Shown here in pieces: positions 15,863 to 25,097 of a stretch of 34,756 nt of DNA. Below the pieces are notes generated by a model that was not told where the DNA came from, searched no databases, and saw only the letters and a program-made list of their open reading frames with translations. Source of the stretch: an uncultured Dehalococcoidales bacterium (GTDB taxonomy: Bacteria; Chloroflexota; Dehalococcoidia; Dehalococcoidales; Fen-1064); the NCBI GenBank assembly GCA_964562625.1, contig CAZLUE010000001.1, forward strand, positions 1-34,756. Reading direction: 5' to 3'. Both the position numbers and the translations under genes were made by a program. Every line of letters starts with the position of its first letter. Position 1 is the first letter of the stretch.

Positions 15863-17701
15863 TTGAGCGACGCGGCCGCCCTAAACAGAATACTGCACCG
15901 TGTCACCCGACCGGCGCGCTACACCGGCGGCGAGTGGAACAGCATCGTCAAGGACTGGAAGACGACCACGGTCCGGGTCGCGTTGTCCTACCCGGACGCC
16001 TACGAAGTCGGCATGTCCAACATGGCGCTGCCGATCCTGTACGAGTTGCTCAACAGCCGCGAAGACGTCCTCGCCGAGCGGGTATTCGCACCGTGGATCG
16101 ATATGGCGGCGGCAATACGCGAAGCAAGTATCCCGCTTTTCAGCCTAGAATCGAGGCGGCCGCTCAGCGAGTTCGACATCATCGGCTTCTCTCTCGGCTA
16201 CGAGTTGACCTACAGCAACGTCCTCGAAATGTTAGATCTGGCGGGTATACCGGTACTGGCCGCCGAACGAGATGGATCGTGGCCGCTGGTGATCGCCGGC
16301 GGCAGCGGAACTCTCAACCCGGAGCCGATGGCCGATTTCATCGACCTTTTCGTCATCGGTGACGGCGAGGAGGTTATCGGCGAGTTGATCGACACCTACG
16401 CAGGCTGGCGAGAAGAGGGCATCGGCTCACGCGAAAGCCTGCTGCGGCTTACGGCAGCGATACCGGGAATTTACATACCTCGCTTCTACGACGTCGAATA
16501 CAGTGACGACGGCACCATCAGCAGCGTCACGCCGAACGTGGCCGAGGCGAGCCCAAAGATACGGCAACGAATCGTCAACCAGCTGCCACCGCCAGTGGCG
16601 ATCCCGGTGGTACCTCACATCGAGGTCATCCACGACCGCGGCGGCATCGAAATCCAGCGCGGTTGCAGTCGGGGCTGCCGCTTCTGCCAAGCGGGGATAA
16701 TCTACCGACCGGTCCGCCAACGGCCACTCGAGGAGGTAATCGACGCCGCCGAGGAGTTGGTCAACAACTGTGGCTACGCCGATGTCTCGCTGGTCTCGCT
16801 GAGCACCAGTGACTACCCGGCAATCGGCGAGACGATCCGCCGACTCGAGGAACGCCTCGACAACGTCGCGCTGTCTCTGCCGAGCCTCTACGCCAACAGC
16901 TTTACAGTCGACCTGATGGACGCCTTGTCCACCCGCAAGAAGATAGGTTTAACCTTCGCCCCCGAGGCAGGCAGCGAGCGGCTGCGCCGGATCATCAACA
17001 AGAACGTCTCGGAGGAAGAACTGCTGACAACCTTCGCGGCGATCTTCGAGCGGGGCTGGACGAACCTGAAACTCTACTTCATGCTCGGCTTACCGGAGGA
17101 GACGACCGAGGACGTCGCCGCCATCGTCGATCTGGTAAACAAGATTCGCGCTCTCGGCAAGAGCATATCGGGGGGGACGCCGCAGTTGCGGGTTAGTCTA
17201 TCGACCTTCGTACCCAAGCCACACACGCCGTTCCAGTGGGTCGCACAGGCTGGGAGCGATGATTTCGCAGGGAAGCAGGAGTTGCTCCGCGCGGGACTGC
17301 GCCGCAAGAGCACCCGGGTATCTTGGTCGGATCCAGCGATGAGCCGGCTCGAAGCGGTGATTTCGCGAGGCGACCGCCGGCTGGGTGAGGTCATCCACCG
17401 CGCCTGGCAGTCAGGCGCCGTCTTTGACGCCTGGAACGAGCATTTCGAAGACGACCACTGGCGGGAAGCGTTCGCAGCAGCCGACCTAGACCCAGATTTC
17501 TACGCGCGCCGCGAGCGCTCACTCAATGAAGTGCTGCCATGGGGGCACATCGACAGCGGCGTCAGTCACGATTTCCTGAGGCGGGAGTACCGGCGTGCTT
17601 TGGAGGAATCGCAGACGCCGGACTGCCGCTTCGGGCGATGTCTTTCCTGTGGCCTCGAGGAGACGGTTGAGGCGTGCCGAGAGAAACGGGCAGCGGATTA
17701 G
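15863..17701 (+). CDS. B12-binding-domain radical SAM protein (TIGR03960-like, function unknown)
   Basis: The N-terminus ALNRILHRVTRPARYTGGEWN is characteristic of this family. The radical SAM cluster motif is CSRGCRFC. I prefer the TTG at 15863, which sits behind GGGAGAGGA, to the track start at 15821. Confidence 0.88.
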   Translation: MSDAAALNRILHRVTRPARYTGGEWNSIVKDWKTTTVRVALSYPDAYEVGMSNMALPILYELLNSREDVLAERVFAPWIDMAAAIREASIPLFSLESRRPLSEFDIIGFSLGYELTYSNVLEMLDLAGIPVLAAERDGSWPLVIAGGSGTLNPEPMADFIDLFVIGDGEEVIGELIDTYAGWREEGIGSRESLLRLTAAIPGIYIPRFYDVEYSDDGTISSVTPNVAEASPKIRQRIVNQLPPPVAIPVVPHIEVIHDRGGIEIQRGCSRGCRFCQAGIIYRPVRQRPLEEVIDAAEELVNNCGYADVSLVSLSTSDYPAIGETIRRLEERLDNVALSLPSLYANSFTVDLMDALSTRKKIGLTFAPEAGSERLRRIINKNVSEEELLTTFAAIFERGWTNLKLYFMLGLPEETTEDVAAIVDLVNKIRALGKSISGGTPQLRVSLSTFVPKPHTPFQWVAQAGSDDFAGKQELLRAGLRRKSTRVSWSDPAMSRLEAVISRGDRRLGEVIHRAWQSGAVFDAWNEHFEDDHWREAFAAADLDPDFYARRERSLNEVLPWGHIDSGVSHDFLRREYRRALEESQTPDCRFGRCLSCGLEETVEACREKRAAD

Positions 17702-17722
17702 CCAGCCTAAGAGAAAGGGCCC

Positions 17723-17742
17723 CGCGTCCTCAAAAAGACGCG
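17723..17742. terminator. weak hairpin between the convergent radical SAM and gyrA genes
   Basis: CGCGTC-ctcaaaaa-GACGCG, a 6-bp stem flanked by partially pairing GGG/CCC. There is no clear U-tract on either strand. Confidence 0.2.
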
Positions 17743-17770
17743 TCCCCTTGGAACTCGTGACGGGTTTCTC

Positions 17771-20401
17771 CTAGTCTTCTCCCTCCAATGGCTCTTCTGC
17801 CCCCAGCATGTCCTCAAGTTCCAATTGTTTCTCTTCTTCCGGTGGTTCCTTTTCTTCCACCTGGTCTTCCTCCGACGCCACCTCTATCTCCGGCTCGGCC
17901 TCGACCGCCACTGTCTTCTCCGCCTTGGCGGCCCTCTTCTCGGCCCTGTCGGCCTTTTCGATCTTCTTCTCCGCATCGTCGATTTCCATCAATGCCAGGG
18001 CGACGACTGCATCACCCTCCGAGGTCTTCATCAACCTGACACCCTGGGTGCTCCGTCCCTGGACGGTGATACCCTTGACTGACGTCCGGGTAACGATACC
18101 GTTGGCAGTGATAAACATCACTTCCTGGTTACGGTAGACGAGCCGGGCATCAACCACCTCTCCCGTCTTGTCGACCGGTTTGAAGGTCTTGACGCCGCTG
18201 CCGGCACGTTGCTGCTTCGGATAGTCTTCGATGGGCGTCAGCTTACCGTGGCCCTGCGAAGTAACCACCAGCATCATCGATTCAGGGTGAGCGACCCCAG
18301 CGCCGACAACACGGTCGCCTGCGAAGAGACGGATGCCGCGAACGCCGCCACTAGTACGCAGGCTGGCGCGAACGCCGGAGACAGCGAACCGGATCGACTG
18401 GCCCTTGCAGGTGATGAGGACGATCTCTTCGTCATTGGTGGCGGTGCGGGCAGCAACCAGTTCATCGCCCGGCTCGATATCCATCGCGATCAGACCACTG
18501 CTGCGGACCTGGGCGAACTTGTCTAGCGCGGTCTTCTTTACCTCACCGCCGCGGGTGGTCATCAGCAGGAAACCGTCCGCGCTGAATTGGGAGACGATCA
18601 CCATATCGGTGACCCGTTCGTTCTCCGCAATGGAGAAGAGATTGGCGACCGCCGTCCCTTTGGCGACTCGCGAGACATCGGCCGGCAGGTCGTAGCACTT
18701 GACGCTGAAACAACGACCGCGGTCGGTGAAGAGGAGCAGATTATCATGGGTATCGGCGACGACCAGCACCCGGGCGGCGTCCTCCTCACGGGTGGTGAGA
18801 CCAATGATGCCCTTACCACCGCGGTGCTGGGTGCGGTAGACCTGGGTCGGCACGCGCTTGATGAAGCCGCGGCTGCTGAGGATGACGACGACTCGCTGGT
18901 GGGGTATCAGATCTTCAACACGAAACTCGGCGACGCCCTCGAGACTGATCTTGGTGCGGCGAGGGTCGGCGAACTTAGTCTTCAGTTCGGCAAGTTCTTC
19001 CTTAATGACCGTGAGCAGCCGGGCGGTGCTGGTGAGCAGATCCTCCAGGTAGGAGATTGCTTTTAGGATCTCGGCGTACTCGTCCAAGATCCGGGTGCGT
19101 TCCATACTCGCCAGACGGCGCAGCGCCATCTCGAGAATGGCATCCGCCTGAAGCTTGGAGAGGTCGAACTCCTTCATCAAGTTCTGGCGCGCGTTGTCGG
19201 TGGTCTTCGAGGCGCGGATAGTAGCGATGACCTTCTCGATATTATCGAGGGCGATCTTGAGACCCTCGAGGATGTGCGCCCGAGCACGGGCGACCTTGAG
19301 CTCGTGCCGTGAGCGCCGGGTGATGACCTCGCGGCGAAAGGCGACGAACTGCTGCAACGCCTCCTTAAGGCTGACAACGCGGGGCTGGCCGTCGACCAGT
19401 GCCAACATGTTGACGGCAAAGGTCGTCTGCAGCGCGCTATATTTGTAGAGGGCGTTGAGCAACTGCTGCGGCTGAGCCTCGCGCTTCAGCTGGATGACGA
19501 TACGCATTCCCTCGCGGTCCGACTCGTCGCGCAATTCGGAGATGCCGGTCAGCCGTTTACTGCTGACCAATGAGGCGATCTTCTCGACTAGGGCCGCCTT
19601 GTTCACCTGATAGGGCAGCTCGGTGACGATGATCTGCCGCGGGCCACCCTCCGCCGGGTCTGCCAAGGCGGCCTTGGCACGGACGACGATGCGGCCACGG
19701 CCGGTAGCGAAGGCGCTCTTAATGCCGTCCTCGCCAAGGATGATGCCGCCGGTTGGAAAGTCCGGCCCCTTGACGAAGCCAGCGAGGTCGTCGACAGTCG
19801 CCCGTGGGTTATCAATCAAATAAGCAAGGGCGTCGCAAAGCTCGCCGAGGTTGTGCGGTGGAATGTTGGTGGCCATTCCGACGGCGATTCCCGAACTGCC
19901 GTTGAGCAGCAGATTGGGCAAGCGGGAGGGCAACACCAACGGCTCGGTCAGGCTCTCGTCGAAATTAGTGGTAAAGTCGACGGTGTTCTTGTCGATGTCA
20001 ACCAGCATCTGCCCGGAGATCTGGGTGAGACGAGCCTCAGTATAACGCATCGCCGCCGGCGGGTCGGCGTCGACGCTGCCGAAGTTGCCCTGGCCATCGA
20101 TCAGCGGCGCCCGCATCGAGAAATCCTGCACCATCCTTACTAGGGCGTCGTAGACCGAGCTGTCACCATGCGGGTGAAACTTACCGAGGACATCGCCGAC
20201 GATACGAGCGCACTTCTTATAAGAGGTGGCATGGGTGATGCCCATCTCGTTCATAGCGTAGAGGATGCGGCGGTGCACTGGTTTAAGTCCGTCACGCACG
20301 TCCGGCAGGGCGCGGGAGACGATGACGCTCATCGCATAGGCGATGTAGGAACTGCGCATCTCTTCTTCGATGCTTACCGGACGGACTTTACCGATTACCA
20401 T
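17771..20401 (-). CDS. gyrA: DNA gyrase subunit A
   Basis: 876 aa. It has the active-site [10 protein letters not shown], the GyrA N-terminal domain and a beta-pinwheel CTD. It also carries a ~70-aa Glu/Lys-rich C-terminal tail. Confidence 0.97.
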   Translation of the reverse strand: MVIGKVRPVSIEEEMRSSYIAYAMSVIVSRALPDVRDGLKPVHRRILYAMNEMGITHATSYKKCARIVGDVLGKFHPHGDSSVYDALVRMVQDFSMRAPLIDGQGNFGSVDADPPAAMRYTEARLTQISGQMLVDIDKNTVDFTTNFDESLTEPLVLPSRLPNLLLNGSSGIAVGMATNIPPHNLGELCDALAYLIDNPRATVDDLAGFVKGPDFPTGGIILGEDGIKSAFATGRGRIVVRAKAALADPAEGGPRQIIVTELPYQVNKAALVEKIASLVSSKRLTGISELRDESDREGMRIVIQLKREAQPQQLLNALYKYSALQTTFAVNMLALVDGQPRVVSLKEALQQFVAFRREVITRRSRHELKVARARAHILEGLKIALDNIEKVIATIRASKTTDNARQNLMKEFDLSKLQADAILEMALRRLASMERTRILDEYAEILKAISYLEDLLTSTARLLTVIKEELAELKTKFADPRRTKISLEGVAEFRVEDLIPHQRVVVILSSRGFIKRVPTQVYRTQHRGGKGIIGLTTREEDAARVLVVADTHDNLLLFTDRGRCFSVKCYDLPADVSRVAKGTAVANLFSIAENERVTDMVIVSQFSADGFLLMTTRGGEVKKTALDKFAQVRSSGLIAMDIEPGDELVAARTATNDEEIVLITCKGQSIRFAVSGVRASLRTSGGVRGIRLFAGDRVVGAGVAHPESMMLVVTSQGHGKLTPIEDYPKQQRAGSGVKTFKPVDKTGEVVDARLVYRNQEVMFITANGIVTRTSVKGITVQGRSTQGVRLMKTSEGDAVVALALMEIDDAEKKIEKADRAEKRAAKAEKTVAVEAEPEIEVASEEDQVEEKEPPEEEKQLELEDMLGAEEPLEGED

Positions 20402-20415
20402 CGTGCGTCGCTCTC

Positions 20416-21243
20416 CTATTCCTCATCTTCGGTTTCACCGGTTCCGTAGCCGCTGCCCGGCACCCCCTCGACGAGAATTTCGGTATCCTCGCCGCCGCCA
20501 ACGACAGTGTAGCCAGACTCACCGGTCAAGGCTTCTTCCTCTTCCAGTTCGCGGCGCAGAACTCGGTCACCGATGTCGGTCCGCGCAGTGGCACCGCCGG
20601 TCGACGGGAACGAGAGCCGGCCGGCCTGACTCGGATCCTGGTAGATCTCCCGAATGATGACGCTGATCGCTTGCGGGGTGACGCTGACGAGGGCCGCCTC
20701 GTAGTAGTTACCACCGGCGGTGAGACGTATCAGACGCTGGGCATGATCGGTAGCGACGACACCTAGGTATTCGCCGTGGCCGTCCTCGACGATCATCCGG
20801 GCACCGTCGATCTTCAACTGAACCCGATCCCCGGCCGCCATCCGGGCAAGTGTTTCCGCGAACGCCAGTTCCTGGAGCTGGATGACGCCGGCCTTACCGA
20901 CCTCTTCAATGAAGCCCTGCGGTTCGAGCCCGCCGGCGCTGCCTCGGTCGGCGCCCTGGACCGGTCCCAAGCGCGAGAGACGCTCCAGATTTCTGGTGGC
21001 GATCGCGTTGTAGGGATCGATCTCATTGGTGCGCTGGTAGGCAACCTCGGCAGCGGCGAACTCGCCGAGTTCAAGACGCGCCCGACCGAGTCGGTTCATC
21101 GCCTCGAAATCCATAGGAAACTGGTCAATGATGCGCTGGTTGACGAAGGCGGCTTCCTGCCACTGGCCGCGCATCGCCAGAGCGATTGCTTCCTTACTGG
21201 AGTGCCGCCGCCAGCGCGCCCGATCTTCTTCCCGATAGGACAT
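20416..21243 (-). CDS. TPR-repeat protein with an uncharacterised C-terminal domain
   Basis: The N-terminus has TPR-like helices ([22 protein letters not shown]..., [22 protein letters not shown]). The C-terminal ~150 aa are beta-rich, and the protein ends in an acidic tail. Its stop lies 14 nt before the gyrA start. Confidence 0.7.
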   Translation of the reverse strand: MSYREEDRARWRRHSSKEAIALAMRGQWQEAAFVNQRIIDQFPMDFEAMNRLGRARLELGEFAAAEVAYQRTNEIDPYNAIATRNLERLSRLGPVQGADRGSAGGLEPQGFIEEVGKAGVIQLQELAFAETLARMAAGDRVQLKIDGARMIVEDGHGEYLGVVATDHAQRLIRLTAGGNYYEAALVSVTPQAISVIIREIYQDPSQAGRLSFPSTGGATARTDIGDRVLRRELEEEEALTGESGYTVVGGGEDTEILVEGVPGSGYGTGETEDEE

Positions 21244-21279
21244 CCATCTCCCCCCGCCTTCGGCGGCGAATATCAGCCT

Positions 21280-21308
21280 AGATTAGCCAAAAAAGACGGA
21301 TAAGTCAA
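21280..21308 (-). promoter_or_regulatory. candidate sigma-70 promoter of the TPR-gyrA unit
   Basis: On the minus strand: TTGACT (21308-21303), 17-nt spacer, TAATCT (21285-21280). A leader with a CCGCC-GAA-GGCGG hairpin and a GGGGAGA Shine-Dalgarno follows. Confidence 0.45.
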
Positions 21309-21405
21309 CACCTGATTCGGGCCGGTCTGTCGACAGGCTCGGACGACAAATTCGACCAATACGACGGCGGCGAAACCAACCCCCGACCCGGCAACGAACT
21401 GATGA

Positions 21406-22626
21406 CTAGTCATCAGTTTCGACGTCAAAAGCGTGATGCAAGGCACGGACGGCATCCGCCATCTTATTCTCCTCAATGATGCAGGTTATTCGAATCTCGG
21501 AAGTAGTAATCAGCCGAATGTTGATCTGCTTGTCGCTGAGAGCGCTGAACATCCTGGCGGCGAAACCAGGCGTGTTCTGCATTCCGGTACCGACGATACT
21601 GACCTTACCGAGATGGGAGTCGCCGGCACACTGGCGGGCCCCAATCTCGCGGGCGATCGGCTCGACGACCGCCATCGCACCGCTGAGTTGTCCCTCGGCG
21701 ACGGTAAAAGTGAGGTCGGTGATGTTGTCGATGCTGGCGTTCTGGACGATGGTATCGACACTAATACCGGCTTTGGCGAGCGGCTCGAGGAGGCCGGCGG
21801 CGATGCCGGGACGGTCGGGGATACCGACCACCGTGATCTTGGCAACGTCGAGATCGTGAGCGACACTGCGCACCTTGTTACGGACTTCCATCGATACTCC
21901 TCCATGAATAAGCGTCCCCGGCTCGCTAGTGAAGCTCGAGGCGACCAAGATGGGGATGTCGTACAGTTCCCCCAACTCGACGGCGCGGGAGTGCATCACC
22001 CTGGCACCGTGACTGGCGAGCTCAAGCATCTCCTCATAGCCGATCTCATGGAGATGGCGTGCCTCGGGAACGATCCGTGGATCGGCAGAGTAGATCCCGG
22101 CGACGTCGGTGTATATCTGGCAGACGTCGGCACCGAGGCTGGCGGCCAAGGCAACCGCGGTCGTGTCTGACGCTCCCCGGCCAAGGGTGGTGACGTCCAT
22201 TTCGCCGGTTATACCCTGAAAGCCGGCGACAACTACGATATTCCCCTTGTCCAGTTCGGTAAGGATGCGTCGCGTCTTGACCTCAAGGATGCGCGCCCGG
22301 CGGTGGGCGGCAGTGGTATGGATCCCTGCCTGGGCGCCGCTGAGACTGATAGCCGGGTAGCCGATGTCGGCCAGCGCCATCGTCAATAACGTCGCCGAGA
22401 CAATCTCGCCGGTCGACAGCAGCGCGTCCAACTCACGGCCATCAGGATGGTCGCTAACCCGGTTGGCCAGTTCCAGCAGACGATCGGTGGCCTCGCCCAT
22501 CGCGGAGACAGTGACGATCAAACGACCGCCGCCGTCCTTAGCATCGCCGATGCGGCGGGCGACATTACGAATCCGCTCAGTGTCGGCCACGGAGGACCCG
22601 CCGTACTTCTGTACAATCAGCGTCAT
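21406..22626 (-). CDS. lysC: aspartate kinase
   Basis: 406 aa, MTLIVQKYGGSSV..., with an amino-acid kinase fold followed by two ACT-like repeats. Confidence 0.93.
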   Translation of the reverse strand: MTLIVQKYGGSSVADTERIRNVARRIGDAKDGGGRLIVTVSAMGEATDRLLELANRVSDHPDGRELDALLSTGEIVSATLLTMALADIGYPAISLSGAQAGIHTTAAHRRARILEVKTRRILTELDKGNIVVVAGFQGITGEMDVTTLGRGASDTTAVALAASLGADVCQIYTDVAGIYSADPRIVPEARHLHEIGYEEMLELASHGARVMHSRAVELGELYDIPILVASSFTSEPGTLIHGGVSMEVRNKVRSVAHDLDVAKITVVGIPDRPGIAAGLLEPLAKAGISVDTIVQNASIDNITDLTFTVAEGQLSGAMAVVEPIAREIGARQCAGDSHLGKVSIVGTGMQNTPGFAARMFSALSDKQINIRLITTSEIRITCIIEENKMADAVRALHHAFDVETDD

Positions 22627-22661
22627 GGTATACTACATCAAGGCTAGACCAACCCCGGCTT

Positions 22662-23888
22662 CTACCGCCCATGGGCGTGACCCGTCACCAGCCTCCTCAT
22701 GATAGTATATCCGGGGTCGACCAACAACCCGGTGGCAACAGCCTCCGGCTCTGTAAAACGAACGGCGCCGCAGGCAGCAAAACCACTGCCGGAGAGCATG
22801 AAGGGTACCGGGTGAGCGGTGTGCGTCCTCACCGAGATCGGGGTCGGGTGATCGGGCATAACAAGCAGCCGTAGCGCCTCAGTGGCGCTTGTGAGCAGCG
22901 AGTCCGCCGAGTAAGCACGCAGCCGGGCGATGATTTCAGCGTCAATGCGCTCGATCATGGCTGTCTTCTCGGCCACCGAGCCGGCGTGACCAGCCTCGTC
23001 GGGGGCTTCGACGTGGATCACCACCAGATCGTGGCCGTGGAGCGCCGCCAGGGCACCCTCGGCCTGACCGGCGAAATCGTTGTCCGGACCGTCGGTAATA
23101 CCCGTCAACGAGAGGACATCGAACCCGGCCATTCGCGCCAGACCGTTAAGCAAGTCGACCGCCGAAGTCATCGCTGCGGTGACGCCGAAGACCTCGCTGA
23201 AAGACGGCATCACCGGCACCTGACCGCTCCCCCAGAAGAGCCAGACAGCGGTCGCGGGCGGCTTACCGGCCGCCCGTCGCACCCGGTTGACCGGATGGTC
23301 GAAGAGCAACTCGGCCGAGGCCGCCATCAACTCGCGGAGGTAGTCGCTACCGGGCCCTCGCGGCAGATAGCCATCGACCGACTCCCCGGGAATATCATGG
23401 GGCGGCGTGCAAGCCGCCGCCAACGTTTCCTCCCGCCCTATCAGCTTCAGGATGTGCCGGTAGCCGACACCGGGATAGAAGCGGGCGTGATAGTACCCGA
23501 GCTCCCGGTTGAGGGAGTCGATCAACTGTCGTGACTCGTCACTACCGATGTGACCGGCATTGAATGAGACAAGCCGACCGTTCTCCACAGTTACCAGGTT
23601 GCAGCGGAAGACGACCTCACCGGGGTCGACCGAAATCCCCATACTGACAGCTTCGATCGTCGCCCGACCCCGGTAGTAGACGGTCGGGTCGTAGCCAAGC
23701 AACGACATGCAGGCACAGGCGCTCGACGGCTCCATCCCGACGGGGACGGTACGAACCAGTCCAAGTTGACTGTGCCCGGCGAGGGCGTCGAGGTTGGGTG
23801 TCGCCGCCAGTTCGAGGCTGGTGCAACCGCCGTAGTCGGCGAGCGGCAGCCCGGCGGCGCCGTCGAGTATGACAACGCAGTATTTCAT
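22662..23888 (-). CDS. cofactor-independent phosphoglycerate mutase family protein (ApgM type)
   Basis: 408 aa, MKYCVVILDGAAGLP...TPNLDALA, with alkaline-phosphatase-superfamily metal-site motifs (HVEAPDEAGH). It lies 35 nt upstream of lysC. Confidence 0.85.
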   Translation of the reverse strand: MKYCVVILDGAAGLPLADYGGCTSLELAATPNLDALAGHSQLGLVRTVPVGMEPSSACACMSLLGYDPTVYYRGRATIEAVSMGISVDPGEVVFRCNLVTVENGRLVSFNAGHIGSDESRQLIDSLNRELGYYHARFYPGVGYRHILKLIGREETLAAACTPPHDIPGESVDGYLPRGPGSDYLRELMAASAELLFDHPVNRVRRAAGKPPATAVWLFWGSGQVPVMPSFSEVFGVTAAMTSAVDLLNGLARMAGFDVLSLTGITDGPDNDFAGQAEGALAALHGHDLVVIHVEAPDEAGHAGSVAEKTAMIERIDAEIIARLRAYSADSLLTSATEALRLLVMPDHPTPISVRTHTAHPVPFMLSGSGFAACGAVRFTEPEAVATGLLVDPGYTIMRRLVTGHAHGR

Positions 23889-23897
23889 GGTAGTTCC

Positions 23898-23926
23898 TTG
23901 CCATCACGAACGAATCGGCCTATAAT
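23898..23926 (+). promoter_or_regulatory. candidate sigma-70 promoter of tRNA-Pro
   Basis: TTGCCA (23898-23903), 17-nt spacer, TATAAT (23921-23926). The tRNA 5' end is at 23936. Confidence 0.5.
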
Positions 23927-23935
23927 TGCTACCAG

Positions 23936-24009
23936 CGGGGCGTAGCGCAGTTGGTTAGCGCGCAGCGTTCGGGACGCTGAGGCCGGAGGTTCGAGTCCTC
24001 TCGCCCCGA
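23936..24009 (+). tRNA. tRNA-Pro (anticodon CGG), CCA not encoded
   Basis: Acceptor is CGGGGCG/CGCCCCG, D stem GCGC/GCGC, anticodon stem CAGCG/CGCTG with loop TTCGGGA, and T arm GGAGG-TTCGAGT-CCTCT. Confidence 0.9.
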
Positions 24010-24050
24010 TTTCTCGAAGAAGAGCCTGCTCCTCACGCCTGAGCATGATC

Positions 24051-24263
24051 TCATTCTAGCACAGTGTTACGCCTGTGTCCACGCTCAAGACAGATATTTC
24101 CCCGGAAGAGATGGCCTGCCAGCAAGAAGGTCGACCCGCGGAAGGGCGGGGTGTACTTGATCTCGAACGTGTTGGAGACAATGAAGACCACCCGGCCGCT
24201 GGCCGAGTAGTCAACCGCAATGAACTTGGTCGGCGTTCCGCCATCGGCGAGCGGCCGCGGCAC
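24051..24263 (-). CDS. hypothetical 70-aa ORF (possible gene remnant)
   Basis: GTG start. The sequence is beta-rich ([30 protein letters not shown]) with coding-like G/C-rich third positions. It lies in the same frame as mazG, directly after the mazG TGA, and ends 42 nt from tRNA-Pro. Confidence 0.3.
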   Translation of the reverse strand: MPRPLADGGTPTKFIAVDYSASGRVVFIVSNTFEIKYTPPFRGSTFLLAGHLFRGNICLERGHRRNTVLE

Positions 24264-24281
24264 CGCAGCGATAAATAGTGG

Positions 24282-25076
24282 TCAGGCTTCAGCGTCACCG
24301 CCAGCCAGCGTCTGCTTGGCCTCATCCCAGAGGGTGTTCTGTTCGGCGAAGGAGAGGTCACCGATCGCCACCCCGCAGCGGCGGCAGGTGGCCTCCATGT
24401 GAGCGAAACGCCGGTAGAAACGGCGGTTTGACTGGCGCAAGGCCGCCTCGAGGTCGATTCCCTGGCGGCGTGCGATATTGGCTAGGGTGAAGAGCAGGTC
24501 GCCATACTCCTCGGAACGGCGCTCGAGTCCCTCCGCCTCGCGCAATTCACGGACTTCCTCGGCCAACTTGTCGACGACGCTTTCGTCCTCCTCCCAGTCG
24601 AAACCGACCCGACCGACCCGGTCTTGGATCTCCTGACTGTAGCCGAGCGCCGGTAACTCAGCGGAAACACCGTCGAGTATCGACTCGCGACCACCCTTCT
24701 CCGCCTGTTTGATGGCTTCCCACTCGCGGGCGACCTCAGCGCTGCTACCGACGTCAACAGCGCTACCGAAGACATGGGGGTGACGGCTGACTAGCTTGAC
24801 CGATATACCAGCGAGGACGTCGCCGATGGTGAACTCGCCGCTTTCGGAGGCGATCTGTGACTGAAGGACGATGTGGAGAAGGAGGTCGCCGAGTTCCTCG
24901 CGGAGCGCCGGGCCATCGGCTTCGTCAAGGGCAACGAGCACCTCGTGGAACTCCTGGAGGAAAGTCGCCCGCAACGAACGGTGCGTTTGCTCCCGGTCCC
25001 AGGGGCAGCCGTCCGGCCCGCGAAGCCGGGCGATGATCGCCACCAGTTCGGTGAAAGTTCCTTCTTGTGGCGTCAC
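24282..25076 (-). CDS. mazG: nucleoside triphosphate pyrophosphohydrolase
   Basis: 264 aa with two tandem MazG repeats (LQEFHEVLVALDE.../EELGDLLLHI and LAEEVRELREA.../EEYGDLLFTL). Confidence 0.9.
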   Translation of the reverse strand: MTPQEGTFTELVAIIARLRGPDGCPWDREQTHRSLRATFLQEFHEVLVALDEADGPALREELGDLLLHIVLQSQIASESGEFTIGDVLAGISVKLVSRHPHVFGSAVDVGSSAEVAREWEAIKQAEKGGRESILDGVSAELPALGYSQEIQDRVGRVGFDWEEDESVVDKLAEEVRELREAEGLERRSEEYGDLLFTLANIARRQGIDLEAALRQSNRRFYRRFAHMEATCRRCGVAIGDLSFAEQNTLWDEAKQTLAGGDAEA

Positions 25077-25097
25077 GACAACCTCCCTTGACTCTTC

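Noticed and set aside
22627-22661. Possible lysine riboswitch (L-box) upstream of lysC.
   Set aside because: Only 35 nt separate lysC from the preceding gene, far too short for an L-box, and no conserved L-box segments are seen.
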